A stretch of DNA of 44,609 nucleotides from positions 1 through 44,609 of the forward strand of contig JAEOTM010000113.1 in NCBI GenBank assembly GCA_016839815.1, given 5' to 3'. Position 1 is the first letter of the stretch, and every line of letters starts with the position of its first letter. Source of the DNA: Candidatus Hodarchaeota archaeon. GTDB taxonomy: Archaea > Asgardarchaeota > Heimdallarchaeia > Hodarchaeales > Hodarchaeaceae. This document shows positions 1 to 8,752 of the stretch, piece by piece. The translations under genes and the position numbers were made by a program. The notes below the pieces were generated by a model that worked only from the letters and a program-made list of their open reading frames with translations, did not search any database and was not told the DNA's origin.

Positions 1-165
1 GCAGTCGGGAGTGCAAATGGTAAGAATCCAATTTCAATTGTTGTTCCATGTCATCGTGTCATTGGTAGTAGTGGGAAGTTGATTGGATACGGAGGAGGAT
101 TATGGAGAAAAGAATGGTTGATTAACCATGAGAAAGGTCTTCAGAAGCTAGACAGTTTTGTTTGA
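1..165 (+). CDS. ogt: Methylated-DNA--protein-cysteine methyltransferase, 3' end (partial)
   Basis: Frame 1 reads [40 protein letters not shown]..., containing the PCHRV active-site motif; TGA at 163-165. Confidence 0.95.
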   Translation, partial: AVGSANGKNPISIVVPCHRVIGSSGKLIGYGGGLWRKEWLINHEKGLQKLDSFV

Positions 166-194
166 ATCCTCATTTACGCCCTTCGTCAAGGATT

Positions 195-602
195 TCATCT
201 TAAAAAACCCATAATTAGTAGACCGAAAAAAAGACAAACGAAAGCAGCCATTAATGCAGGCCAATCTTGCATTTGTCTAGAGATTATTTCATTAGAATAC
301 GAAACTGGGCCGTTGGATGATTTTCCCCATTGAGAAGTCATAATTGCTGTACTGGCATTCCGTTGAGAAGTAAATCCCAGCAGAATTAACATGATAAATC
401 CAGTTATTGCCAGCACCGATGCTGAAGTAAGTATTAGATTGCGAATATTTGATGAACTCACGAAATTCTGATAATCTGGTGATCCAAACAAGAAAAAAAC
501 TATTATTGAAACTAGTGCATCAATTACCAATAATTTACGAAGTACTTTTGCAACTAATTGCAAATTTGATCTGAAATCCCCATGAGGAGAAGTTAAATTC
601 AC
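195..602 (-). CDS. Hypothetical membrane protein (about 3 TM)
   Basis: 135-aa ORF with three hydrophobic segments. Confidence 0.6.
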   Translation of the reverse strand: MNLTSPHGDFRSNLQLVAKVLRKLLVIDALVSIIVFFLFGSPDYQNFVSSSNIRNLILTSASVLAITGFIMLILLGFTSQRNASTAIMTSQWGKSSNGPVSYSNEIISRQMQDWPALMAAFVCLFFGLLIMGFLR

Positions 603-698
603 TATAGCTCACTACCATCCAAGTAGAATTTCTGAATATATATAGTACTTTATATCAAAACTAAACAATACTAAAAACAGATCTCAAACTTTCAAATT

Positions 699-1067
699 CT
701 ATTCAAAGAAAAAAGCTTTGAATTCATTATCTTGCTGCAATAACTCTGTCACTTGGAGCCCTAATGGAGTTAATTGCCATCCTTTCTCACCCCGTTCGAC
801 TAATCCTATATCTAATAGGGAACGACTATACTTTCCAGTGCGAATGTGACTTCTTATAGTATCTAATCCGACCCCGATTATTTTACTCAATCGTTTATAG
901 CCTACAGAGTCACGATATAATTCAATCAAGATCCTTTTCTTCGTTCGTCCTAATCGTTCCATAATATCTTTAGGATCATGGCTGATAGTTGAAGGGTCAT
1001 CTTGGGGAAGCGCTTCGGTAGAATTAGAATTTAATAAATCATTTTTAGGGTCTTCTTTTTCCGCCAT
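699..1067 (-). CDS. Winged helix-turn-helix protein
   Basis: KRILIEL..VGYKRLSKIIGVGLDTIRSHI..LLDIGLVER..WQLTPLG is a wHTH pattern. Confidence 0.75.
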   Translation of the reverse strand: MAEKEDPKNDLLNSNSTEALPQDDPSTISHDPKDIMERLGRTKKRILIELYRDSVGYKRLSKIIGVGLDTIRSHIRTGKYSRSLLDIGLVERGEKGWQLTPLGLQVTELLQQDNEFKAFFFE

Positions 1068-1109
1068 ATTGAATTCCCAAGGATAGTATAAGTAGTCTAT
1101 TTACTGAAA

Positions 1110-1412
1110 TTAAGCTCTTTGAAGTTCAGATCTTCTTGCGCGAGGTCGGCTACGGATCCATTTCTTCCCACACTCGCCACAAGTAATACGAATATCAACT
1201 TTTTTGGTTGTTTTTGATGTCATATTTCGTGAAGCAATCGGTCGTCTTGAGTAACGTCCATGATTTCCTATTCGTGAAGTCCATCGAGCCATACGTCGGC
1301 TTCCTTGCCCCATTCCACCACCTCGTTGTTTTGCTTTTTCAAGTTTCACTGATTGAACAGTATGTTTGTTACAGTGTGGACAGAATGTACGCATTTTTGC
1401 GGGAATTTTCAC
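1110..1412 (-). CDS. rpl44e: 50S ribosomal protein L44e (eL42)
   Basis: MKIPAKMRTFCPHCNKHT ... KTTKKVDIRITCGECGK zinc-ribbon signature. Confidence 0.95.
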   Translation of the reverse strand: MKIPAKMRTFCPHCNKHTVQSVKLEKAKQRGGGMGQGSRRMARWTSRIGNHGRYSRRPIASRNMTSKTTKKVDIRITCGECGKKWIRSRPRARRSELQRA

Positions 1413-1602
1413 CTTATTTAGCTCCAGTCCGATTACCGTTATAAACCATCTTTAAATGTAAGAAGGTTGATAGTAACTCATTTTTTCCCCAATGTTAAAA
1501 ACTTCCTGCTTTTCTGCTGACCTTTCTGTAGGAATTCTTTATCCTTGCATCTTCTGCGATAGTCCTAAAAAGTTGATTTTGATCCACTGATTTTGAACTA
1601 AT

Positions 1603-2745
1603 TTGCGATTAGATAAGAAGTACAAATCATTAATTGAATCTGGTATTTTATTAGGATCTGCTGTACTACTAGCAATTTTTATATCTCTATCATTAGCAAA
1701 TTATCTCGGTAACTCATCCATGCCAAATGTTGCGGTATCTACGACCAGTATGATGCCTATTTATAGAGGCTATGAAGATTCATCATCCCTTCATCCTTTT
1801 CGTGGTGACATTTTATTAGTTAGAAAGGTTCCCGTGGATACTTTAGAGGTAGGAGATGTCATTGTATTTAATGCTACGAGAATGGGAGGTCCACCAGATC
1901 CAGTGGTACATAGAATCATAGCTCGCTGGCAAGATGAATCAAATAATTCTTTCTTTAAAACTAAGGGGGACAATTATAAATCTAATTTGAATCCTGATCC
2001 TACCCAATGGATAATTGAAGAACGCGACATCATAGGAATGGTCGTTATTCGTATTCCGCATGTCGGGTGGTTTTTATTAGCTTTACAAACTACTTTAGGA
2101 AAAATATTGATTTTAACCCTTGCTGTTTTAGTCCTTTTCGGAGAAGAAATATTCGACTATTTAGGGATTCGAAAGAAAGAGGATGAGAAAAAAGAGATCT
2201 CAAACGGAAATAATATTCAAAAAAGTGACAAAATTATCCTCAAAGAAAATTCTAAGCCACGGTTAAGCTTTTTGAGAAAGAAGGAATCGATTTACATTGT
2301 TATTGGCTTGAGTATTCTCCTTCTCTTTGTTACAAGTAATGTTCTCGCAAGCTTCACCCATACACCTACGATTGACTGTTTTGCACCAACTGACTCTTCA
2401 AGGAATCAAAGTCTTCTATCATCCTCAGAACAATCGATGATACATCTAACTTCAAGAAGTACAATATTGACTGGAAATATAACTACTTACTTCTATCCTA
2501 TTGTAATTGAGCTTAGATCCGGAGGATTTTTCAATAACATCGACTTTTTTGAAATTCATGTTAACGTTAGTTACGGATTTTATAGGTGGGATATTGTAAA
2601 TAACTATATTGGTACACATACCATTGGTGGTGGCATCATTTCCCAGATAACAGGAATAGTAGAGATTTCCATCACCCTAGCTTCGAGAGGCTTATTTGCT
2701 AGTGAACCGATATCACACAATTTTCTAATCAATCTTCAGGATTAG
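1603..2745 (+). CDS. sec11: Signal peptidase I (Sec11/S26B type) with a C-terminal TM and extra domain
   Basis: Ser motif STTSMMP, His motif VVHRI, TKGDN, GMVVIRIPHVG; about 200-aa extension. Confidence 0.9.
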   Translation: MRLDKKYKSLIESGILLGSAVLLAIFISLSLANYLGNSSMPNVAVSTTSMMPIYRGYEDSSSLHPFRGDILLVRKVPVDTLEVGDVIVFNATRMGGPPDPVVHRIIARWQDESNNSFFKTKGDNYKSNLNPDPTQWIIEERDIIGMVVIRIPHVGWFLLALQTTLGKILILTLAVLVLFGEEIFDYLGIRKKEDEKKEISNGNNIQKSDKIILKENSKPRLSFLRKKESIYIVIGLSILLLFVTSNVLASFTHTPTIDCFAPTDSSRNQSLLSSSEQSMIHLTSRSTILTGNITTYFYPIVIELRSGGFFNNIDFFEIHVNVSYGFYRWDIVNNYIGTHTIGGGIISQITGIVEISITLASRGLFASEPISHNFLINLQD

Positions 2746-2755
2746 TGATGCAATC

Positions 2756-3511
2756 GTGACAAATATTTGCTATTTAGTGGGTACTGCAGGTTCGGGGAAG
2801 ACTATGTTAATTTCATCCCTTCAGCAGTATTTAAAACAAAAAGGGGCAAGTCTAACCATCGTTAACCTGGATCCAGCAGTTCGACATATCCCGTATCAAG
2901 CTGATATCGATATAAGAGATTATATTGATTTTGATCAGCTTGTAGATGAATATAAACTTGGACCAAACGGAGCATTAATCGCCGCGACGGATCTAGTAGC
3001 CGATTATATTACGGATATTCGAGAAGACATAGATGAACTAGGAGAAAGTTCTGAAATTGTACTAGTTGACACTCCTGGACAAGTAGAACTTTTTGCTTAT
3101 CGTAATGCAAGTATACGTATTACAAGAAGCTTCCCTACAGATTCCTCCTTACTTACTTTCCTCTTCGATTCTTCTCTTGTATCAAATATAACAGGCTATC
3201 TTTCAGTTAACCTTCTTGCTACTTCTGTTCAAATCAGATTGAACTTACCAATTATTCATGTGATGTCAAAAACTGACTTATTAAAGCCTCACCAAATAGA
3301 TGAAATTTTGGATTGGCGAGAGAATCCCTACGACGCGATTGATCAATTGTACGGGATGAACCGTGAATTTGCTTTTAAAACTGGTCAAATCTTTGAAGAT
3401 ATGGGGGATATTCCATTGATACCTGTTAGTTCACTGTCTGGTGAAGGATTAGATCTTCTTAGTGCTCAACTTAGTAGGACGTTTTCCGCTGGAGATGACT
3501 GGTCAATATAG
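2756..3511 (+). CDS. GPN-loop GTPase
   Basis: GTAGSGKT P-loop, NLDPA, LGPNG loop, DTPGQVE, SKTD. Confidence 0.95.
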   Translation: MTNICYLVGTAGSGKTMLISSLQQYLKQKGASLTIVNLDPAVRHIPYQADIDIRDYIDFDQLVDEYKLGPNGALIAATDLVADYITDIREDIDELGESSEIVLVDTPGQVELFAYRNASIRITRSFPTDSSLLTFLFDSSLVSNITGYLSVNLLATSVQIRLNLPIIHVMSKTDLLKPHQIDEILDWRENPYDAIDQLYGMNREFAFKTGQIFEDMGDIPLIPVSSLSGEGLDLLSAQLSRTFSAGDDWSI

Positions 3512-3514
3512 AAA

Positions 3515-3928
3515 TTAAGGATACAAATCAAAATTCGGACCGGGTAACATCCAAATTAATGAAGTTATTACGATAAATAATAGTGTAAATGTAAATGTAC
3601 CTGAAAAAATTAATCGTTTCTGATCTACCTCGATTGGAGTTATCCTTAGACCCAGTCTAATGAACATAATACATATACTCAGACTAGAAAGCCAAAAAAG
3701 AAACCAAGAACCTGTAGAAATCTCTGGAAAAATGACAAACATACTTCCAGTAAAGAGACCACTAACTGCACCGAAAACTACTTTGGTATAATACATTCGA
3801 GTATTGGGAGAGAGTTCATTAAACCTGAAATTTGATTTTTTAACCTCAGGGCTAGAAACTTCATCCTCTGGCTTTTGACTTATCCTTCGTATTTTTCTTT
3901 GACTGATATTACGTCGTTCTCTTGACAT
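3515..3928 (-). CDS. EMC6/Rab5ip(OPTI)-like 3-TM membrane protein
   Basis: Charged N-terminus, then YYTKVVFGAVSGLFTG / WFLFWL / RLIFSGTFTFTLLFIVITSLIW, matching the EMC6-Rab5ip layout. Confidence 0.6.
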   Translation of the reverse strand: MSRERRNISQRKIRRISQKPEDEVSSPEVKKSNFRFNELSPNTRMYYTKVVFGAVSGLFTGSMFVIFPEISTGSWFLFWLSSLSICIMFIRLGLRITPIEVDQKRLIFSGTFTFTLLFIVITSLIWMLPGPNFDLYP

Positions 3929-4191
3929 GCTTGCTTCCTTCTTATTAAGATGTTATTAAACTCTGTTGAACCTAGAAATAACTGAAAAATTCATTTATTT
4001 ATACGTTTTTAAATACAAGAGGCTGATAAAAGAAGATTTGAAACAAGGATTTATTTTTTTTGAGATCGGATGGATACACTTTATGATGAATTTCTTAAAA
4101 CTGGTTAGTATTTTATGGAATCAGCTAGATAATAATGATCAAATTTTTATTGTTTTGCGTTTTGTCCAATTAAGAAAGTCAAGAGTGAGAG

Positions 4192-4818
4192 TTGATAGAT
4201 AATATGCAATATTCTGGGGAATATTTGGTAAAATTGGCTAGAAGAACCATTGAAACTTATTTAAAAAGCAAAATTAAGATCAAACCGCCAAGAGATGCAC
4301 CTAATAATCTTATGGATCAATCGGGAGTGTTTGTAACACTTCATCGTGTTGATCAAGGAGATAAACCTATATTAAGAGGATGTATAGGTAGAATACAGAG
4401 TCCAGGCAGTACTCTCATTCAATCAACAATTGATTCTGCAATAGATGCAACTATTCACGATTACCGATTTCCTAATGTCAATCTTTCTGAATTAGATAAG
4501 ATTACTGTCGAAGTAACAATTCTAACCGTACCTGAAAAAATCATTGTAAAGGATCCAAAGGAATACTTTGATATTATTCAGATTGGTCGTCATGGACTAC
4601 TTGCAGAACATGGTTCAATACAACGTGGATTGTTATTACCCCAGGTACCTGTTGAACAGGGGTGGAATAAAGAAATGTATTTAGATCATGTCTGTCAGAA
4701 AGCAGGATTATCCTCGAAAGCTTGGTATAATCTGGAAACCACAATTTATAAGTTTGAAGGCTTTATATTTTCAGAGCTTACCCCCAATGGAGAAATAAAA
4801 CTAAAATCAGAGCATTAA
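4192..4818 (+). CDS. AMMECR1/AmmeMemoRadiSam protein A family
   Basis: GVFVT, LRGCIG, DYRF, GLLLPQV, CQKAG motifs. Confidence 0.95.
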   Translation: MIDNMQYSGEYLVKLARRTIETYLKSKIKIKPPRDAPNNLMDQSGVFVTLHRVDQGDKPILRGCIGRIQSPGSTLIQSTIDSAIDATIHDYRFPNVNLSELDKITVEVTILTVPEKIIVKDPKEYFDIIQIGRHGLLAEHGSIQRGLLLPQVPVEQGWNKEMYLDHVCQKAGLSSKAWYNLETTIYKFEGFIFSELTPNGEIKLKSEH

Positions 4819-5924
4819 GCCTGAAATTCTTTTAAAAACTCCTCAATTTTCTTTTTATTTAGTTTAGCAGGGAGAAGGATCTCAACTCTTTGTTTATGAT
4901 CACAACAAGGAAGATCATCTATAGCATGGAATGACGGTTTAATTCCATGATAACCTAGTTGAATTGGTCGTAGGGTACTTAGACTAACCTCTGTTTCTAA
5001 TGCATTTAATGCATCAAGACTCATTAATTCATTATTTAAATTAAAACATGTAGGACTAATAAGCGCTTGAACGCTTCCGTTTAATATGTAATTCTTACTG
5101 ATTAATTCACAGATGAGCTGACAGTAGAAACACAGGGATTTTTCATTTTTAAACATTCTAAAAAATGGTTCTAAATTAATAAATGAATGTACAGAAGAAA
5201 AAATGAATTCCACAAGTCCGATGTGTTCCTCTTCAGCTTTTTTACCGGTTTTAAAGAATATAGGAATAATTTTTACTCCCCTTTTTTTCATAAGCCAAGC
5301 TGATAGGACTGAGTTCGTATTAGGACGGAATAAGGCAATTGCAGTCCCCTGTGAGGTAGAAGGTATACCATCAATCCCAGAAATAATATCTGAATAGATA
5401 AACGCTAAATCTCCACGTATATCAACGAAAATTTCCAGCTGAGGACTTGTGAGATCAACCTTGAGTCCATGTATGTCTGAATCTAAGATTTTACTTCCCA
5501 ATTTTGCAGCAATTTCCATTGAAGAATACGGATGAACCCCTTCACGACGAACCCTTACTGCAAAGCTACTGTTTGGTGAAAACAATCTTGTAGCCTCATT
5601 TACTCCATTCTTTAGAATGGCTTCTTCATCGCCTCTACAAACAAGGACAATACTTAACGAGGAAATCCCACTAATTTGTTGAGCAATCTGGGAAACAATA
5701 TCGTGGGAAATCAATGAAGAACTGAATTTGATTAAAAGACGTCCACGGAAGTCAAGAATTGAATGTGCAATATCTTGCTTGTGGAGAAGAGAATTAATAT
5801 TTGAACGGAGTAAACTAATCATACGACGTCTAGTTCGTCGACTTTTAATTCCTAATTCTCCTCCCAGTCGTAGGAGTAAGACAGATTTACCGATTAGGTT
5901 GGAGTGGGATTGCTTGTGTTCCAA
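4815..5924 (-). CDS. THUMP-domain ThiI-like protein with degenerate PP-loop
   Basis: GELGIKS, SFAVRVRR, VDLTSP THUMP motifs; SGGxDS replaced by RPNTNS. Confidence 0.85.
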   Translation of the reverse strand: MEHKQSHSNLIGKSVLLLRLGGELGIKSRRTRRRMISLLRSNINSLLHKQDIAHSILDFRGRLLIKFSSSLISHDIVSQIAQQISGISSLSIVLVCRGDEEAILKNGVNEATRLFSPNSSFAVRVRREGVHPYSSMEIAAKLGSKILDSDIHGLKVDLTSPQLEIFVDIRGDLAFIYSDIISGIDGIPSTSQGTAIALFRPNTNSVLSAWLMKKRGVKIIPIFFKTGKKAEEEHIGLVEFIFSSVHSFINLEPFFRMFKNEKSLCFYCQLICELISKNYILNGSVQALISPTCFNLNNELMSLDALNALETEVSLSTLRPIQLGYHGIKPSFHAIDDLPCCDHKQRVEILLPAKLNKKKIEEFLKEFQA

Positions 5925-5983
5925 TGTAAACCCAAGGGAATAATTAACAGGAGTTTTAAGAGGCTAAATAGCGAAGAAAATTC

Positions 5984-6057
5984 AATGAGCGATTCAGAGT
6001 AACTATAATCTATCATAGCAAAGCTCATACTTGTCAGGTTTCATCATTACGCTCATT
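5984..6057 (-). ncRNA. Box C/D guide RNA (dual guide, LSU H69 and H70/71)
   Basis: 8-bp terminal stem AATGAGCG/CGCTCATT; C ATGATGA; guide AACCTGACAAGT; D' ATGA; C' ATGATAG; guide TTATAGTTACT; D CTGA; both guides complementary to conserved 23S sequences. Confidence 0.9.
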
Positions 6058-6081
6058 ATATTATGAAAAGGAGGATTCTAC

Positions 6082-6498
6082 CTAATCCTCAAGTTCATCA
6101 TCATCTTCTTTAAGATCCTCTGAAGCTCTTATTAATTCAGCCATGGAGTATTGTTGGTCGAATTTTTTCCAAATTGCAGAAACTATCGCATCGTTCAATC
6201 CTTTAATCTTTTTAGCAACTACTTTCTTTGCTTCTTCACGTTTCTCTGGTAGCTCTGTGAATCCCCACATGGCCGCTGGAACTGCTTCTGGATTTTTCTC
6301 AATTATATATACGGTACCCTCTTGTTGTTGGAATGAAAAGAACTGAGGTTGAATGAGTGGACAATCAGATAATTTATGCAGTCCAGTCACAGTGAATAAA
6401 TGATTGCATCGAGTTTTATCAGGGGAAGTTGCTGAGGTTTTGAAAGCACAGTGACCTTTATCAAGGTATCTCCATGCTGTTATTAATTCAGTTTTCAT
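6082..6498 (-). CDS. mak16: Mak16/L28e-family 60S biogenesis factor homologue
   Basis: W..L..gHCAFK...RCNH..VTGL....CPL....F....G.VYIIEK..E..PAAMW...L follows the Mak16 N-domain; acidic tail. Confidence 0.8.
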   Translation of the reverse strand: MKTELITAWRYLDKGHCAFKTSATSPDKTRCNHLFTVTGLHKLSDCPLIQPQFFSFQQQEGTVYIIEKNPEAVPAAMWGFTELPEKREEAKKVVAKKIKGLNDAIVSAIWKKFDQQYSMAELIRASEDLKEDDDELED

Positions 6499-6554
6499 TA
6501 TTGATCACTTTATTATTCCGAAAGTAAATTTTATTTCCGATTTCTAGGGATAAC

Positions 6555-6627
6555 AGCCGCTGGTGGGACTTGAACCCACGGCCAACAGATTACAAGTCTG
6601 TCGCTCTACCAACTAAGCCACAGCGGC
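6555..6627 (-). tRNA. tRNA-Thr(TGT)
   Basis: Cloverleaf GCCGCTG...CAGCGGC; anticodon arm ACAGA-CTTGTAA-TCTGT; T-loop TTCAAGT; CCA not encoded. Confidence 0.97.
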
Positions 6628-6673
6628 AAATTTTCGGTTTTAAGCCAATGAAAGTTTCCCTTGTTGCTTTGAT

Positions 6674-6767
6674 TGAGGATCATTTCATTATTGTTAATCT
6701 TCAGTACGGATAACAACTTATGGTAAATCCTTTTCACCATTCAACCTGCAGGTGGCTTCAATCCCCA
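6674..6767 (-). ncRNA. Candidate structured RNA (four-way junction), family unknown
   Basis: Closing stem TGGGGATT/GATCCTCA plus three hairpins; G-U pairs form only on the minus strand. Confidence 0.45.
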
Positions 6768-6836
6768 CTCCTAAAAACTCCTCTTAAATTTGTTTCAAAC
6801 TCCCTGTATAAACCAAAGGATAATCTTAATACTCCC

Positions 6837-7307
6837 TTATTCGAGCATTAAATAGCTTTGATTCCGAATAAAAAGAGTTAGAAGTCCTTTTTTCCTTGCT
6901 AATCGTTTTAATTTTCGGTCATTTGTAGCAATTATGCCTTTAAATCTTTCCCCATACTCTAGAAGCACGAAATCAATATTTTTGTGTTCATAATTTGTAT
7001 CCCATATCTCACACTGTTTTTCTACATACTGAAGTGCAATCTGAGCTTGCCTTTCAACTTTTATTTTTCCACACTCATGAAGCTTATTTAGCTCATTGAG
7101 AATTGGTGTCAGGATGATCAATTTTCTATTTCCTGGAAAAACACGATCAAGCTCATAAGTTAAATTAAAGCCTTTCATTTGACTGATGGCCATTAAAAAA
7201 TTTGTGTCTAGGAAAATTACTCTATCAGAATCAATGAATGACGAGATTATTAGCCCGCCTGCTGTTCTTTTCCACCAGTTATTGTCCCCCAGCCGATTAA
7301 ACGCCAC
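6837..7307 (-). CDS. PIN-domain nuclease, Fcf1/Utp24-like (start uncertain)
   Basis: FLDTNFL, ILNEL, NIDFVL, IATNDRKLK; conserved position after aIF2-gamma. Confidence 0.9.
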   Translation of the reverse strand: MAFNRLGDNNWWKRTAGGLIISSFIDSDRVIFLDTNFLMAISQMKGFNLTYELDRVFPGNRKLIILTPILNELNKLHECGKIKVERQAQIALQYVEKQCEIWDTNYEHKNIDFVLLEYGERFKGIIATNDRKLKRLARKKGLLTLFIRNQSYLMLE

Positions 7308-8732
7308 CTTCTGTCAATCTGTCTACTAATTGCGATTCTTATTCCTGTTTCAGCACACACAGGTAACCGCAAACTCACTCCAACGTTACCTTTGGCTGAC
7401 ATTACTACTTTCCCTACCGTTTTAGCTGTTCCGACGCTTAACATCAGATTTTCATTCATTTCTATATTTTGAACAGTACTTTGAGATTCGCTTCCTACTA
7501 CTCGTTCCATTAAATGTGATTCAAATTCTAAGGTATCCCAGCTTGGAGGTAAAGACTCAGAATATCCAACAACATGGCCTACTAACATATCACTTTTTGT
7601 GAGTGCAGGATCAAGATTAGTTCCGATTCCGATTAAACCCCCTGGATGAGCTGTCTCCAGTTCTCCGAACCCAGAACGTAAGCTCACGACCTTTGTATTA
7701 AGAAATTTGTATCTATTTCCTCTCCTCACTCCAGGTCGAATCTGGATATCGTCTCCTACAGAGAATTTTCCTTGTATAATACTACCACCCACAACTCCAC
7801 CTTTTAATTTCTCTGGGGATTGGCCAGGTTTATTTACATCGAATGATCTTGCCACCAGCATTTGAGGTGGAAGATCAGCATCACGAGGAGGAGTAGGTAA
7901 ATTTTCCTCAATGCTTTGTATTAATAAATCAATATTAGAATGATGAACTGCGCTAATCGGGATAACTGGCGATTTTTTTGCTGATGTTGTCGAAATGAAC
8001 TTCTTAAGATCTTTGAAATTAGCAACAGCATCTTTTTCAGATACTAGTTCGATTTTATTTTGACAAACGATAACTTTTTCCATTCCGATGATATCCATGG
8101 CGGCTAAATGTTCACGGGTCTGAGGCATCGGTACTCGTTCATTTGTAGCTACTACTAGTATAGCTCCATCCATAATACTTGCACCAGAAAGCATTGTAGC
8201 CATTAAAACTTCGTGGCCAGGGGCATCAACAAAAGCTACACGTCTTAATAGTACGGTTTCTTTCTCACAATTGGGACATTCTTTTTTAGTTGTGTATTTT
8301 TTTGGTGCTTCACACTTTGGGCATTCACGAAATTCTGTTTCCGCATATCCAAGTCGGATAGAAATACCTCTACGTATTTCTTCGCTATGAGTATCAGGAA
8401 ATTTCCCTGTAAGCGCTTGAGTTAAGGTAGATTTTCCATGATCAACATGTCCAATCATACCCAAGCTAATTTCAGCCTGATTGGGAATCCCAGTAACTTT
8501 TTTTGCTTTTACAGAAGATTTTTTTGAGGTTTTGGTCGTTTTCTTCTTAGTAGATTTTGCTGCAGTAGTAGTTTTCTTTGTAGTAGTTTTCTTACTTTTT
8601 GCCGCGGTCTTTTTTGTTGTTTTTTTTTGTAGTGGATTTTGATGATTTTGTTGACTTTGTTGATTTTACCTCTTCTGTTTCTGAAGACGTAGATTTTTTC
8701 TTAGTTGATGTTTTTTTCTTTCGCGGCGACAT
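7250..8732 (-). CDS. eif2g: Translation initiation factor 2 gamma subunit with Lys/Thr/Ser-rich N-terminal extension; 1-nt frameshift at the A9 run 8620-8628
   Basis: GHVDHGKS, RGISIRLGY, Zn knuckle, DAPGHE, NKIE, WRLIGWG; conserved QAEISLG lies upstream of the ORF-track start; ATG at 8732 with GAGG upstream is one base out of frame. Confidence 0.9.
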
Positions 8733-8752
8733 AAGAATCCTCGAAATATAGT

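Noticed and set aside
4084-4145. ATGATGA C-box-like word (another at about 17260, minus strand)
   Set aside because: No matching D box or rRNA-complementary guide; AT-rich background.
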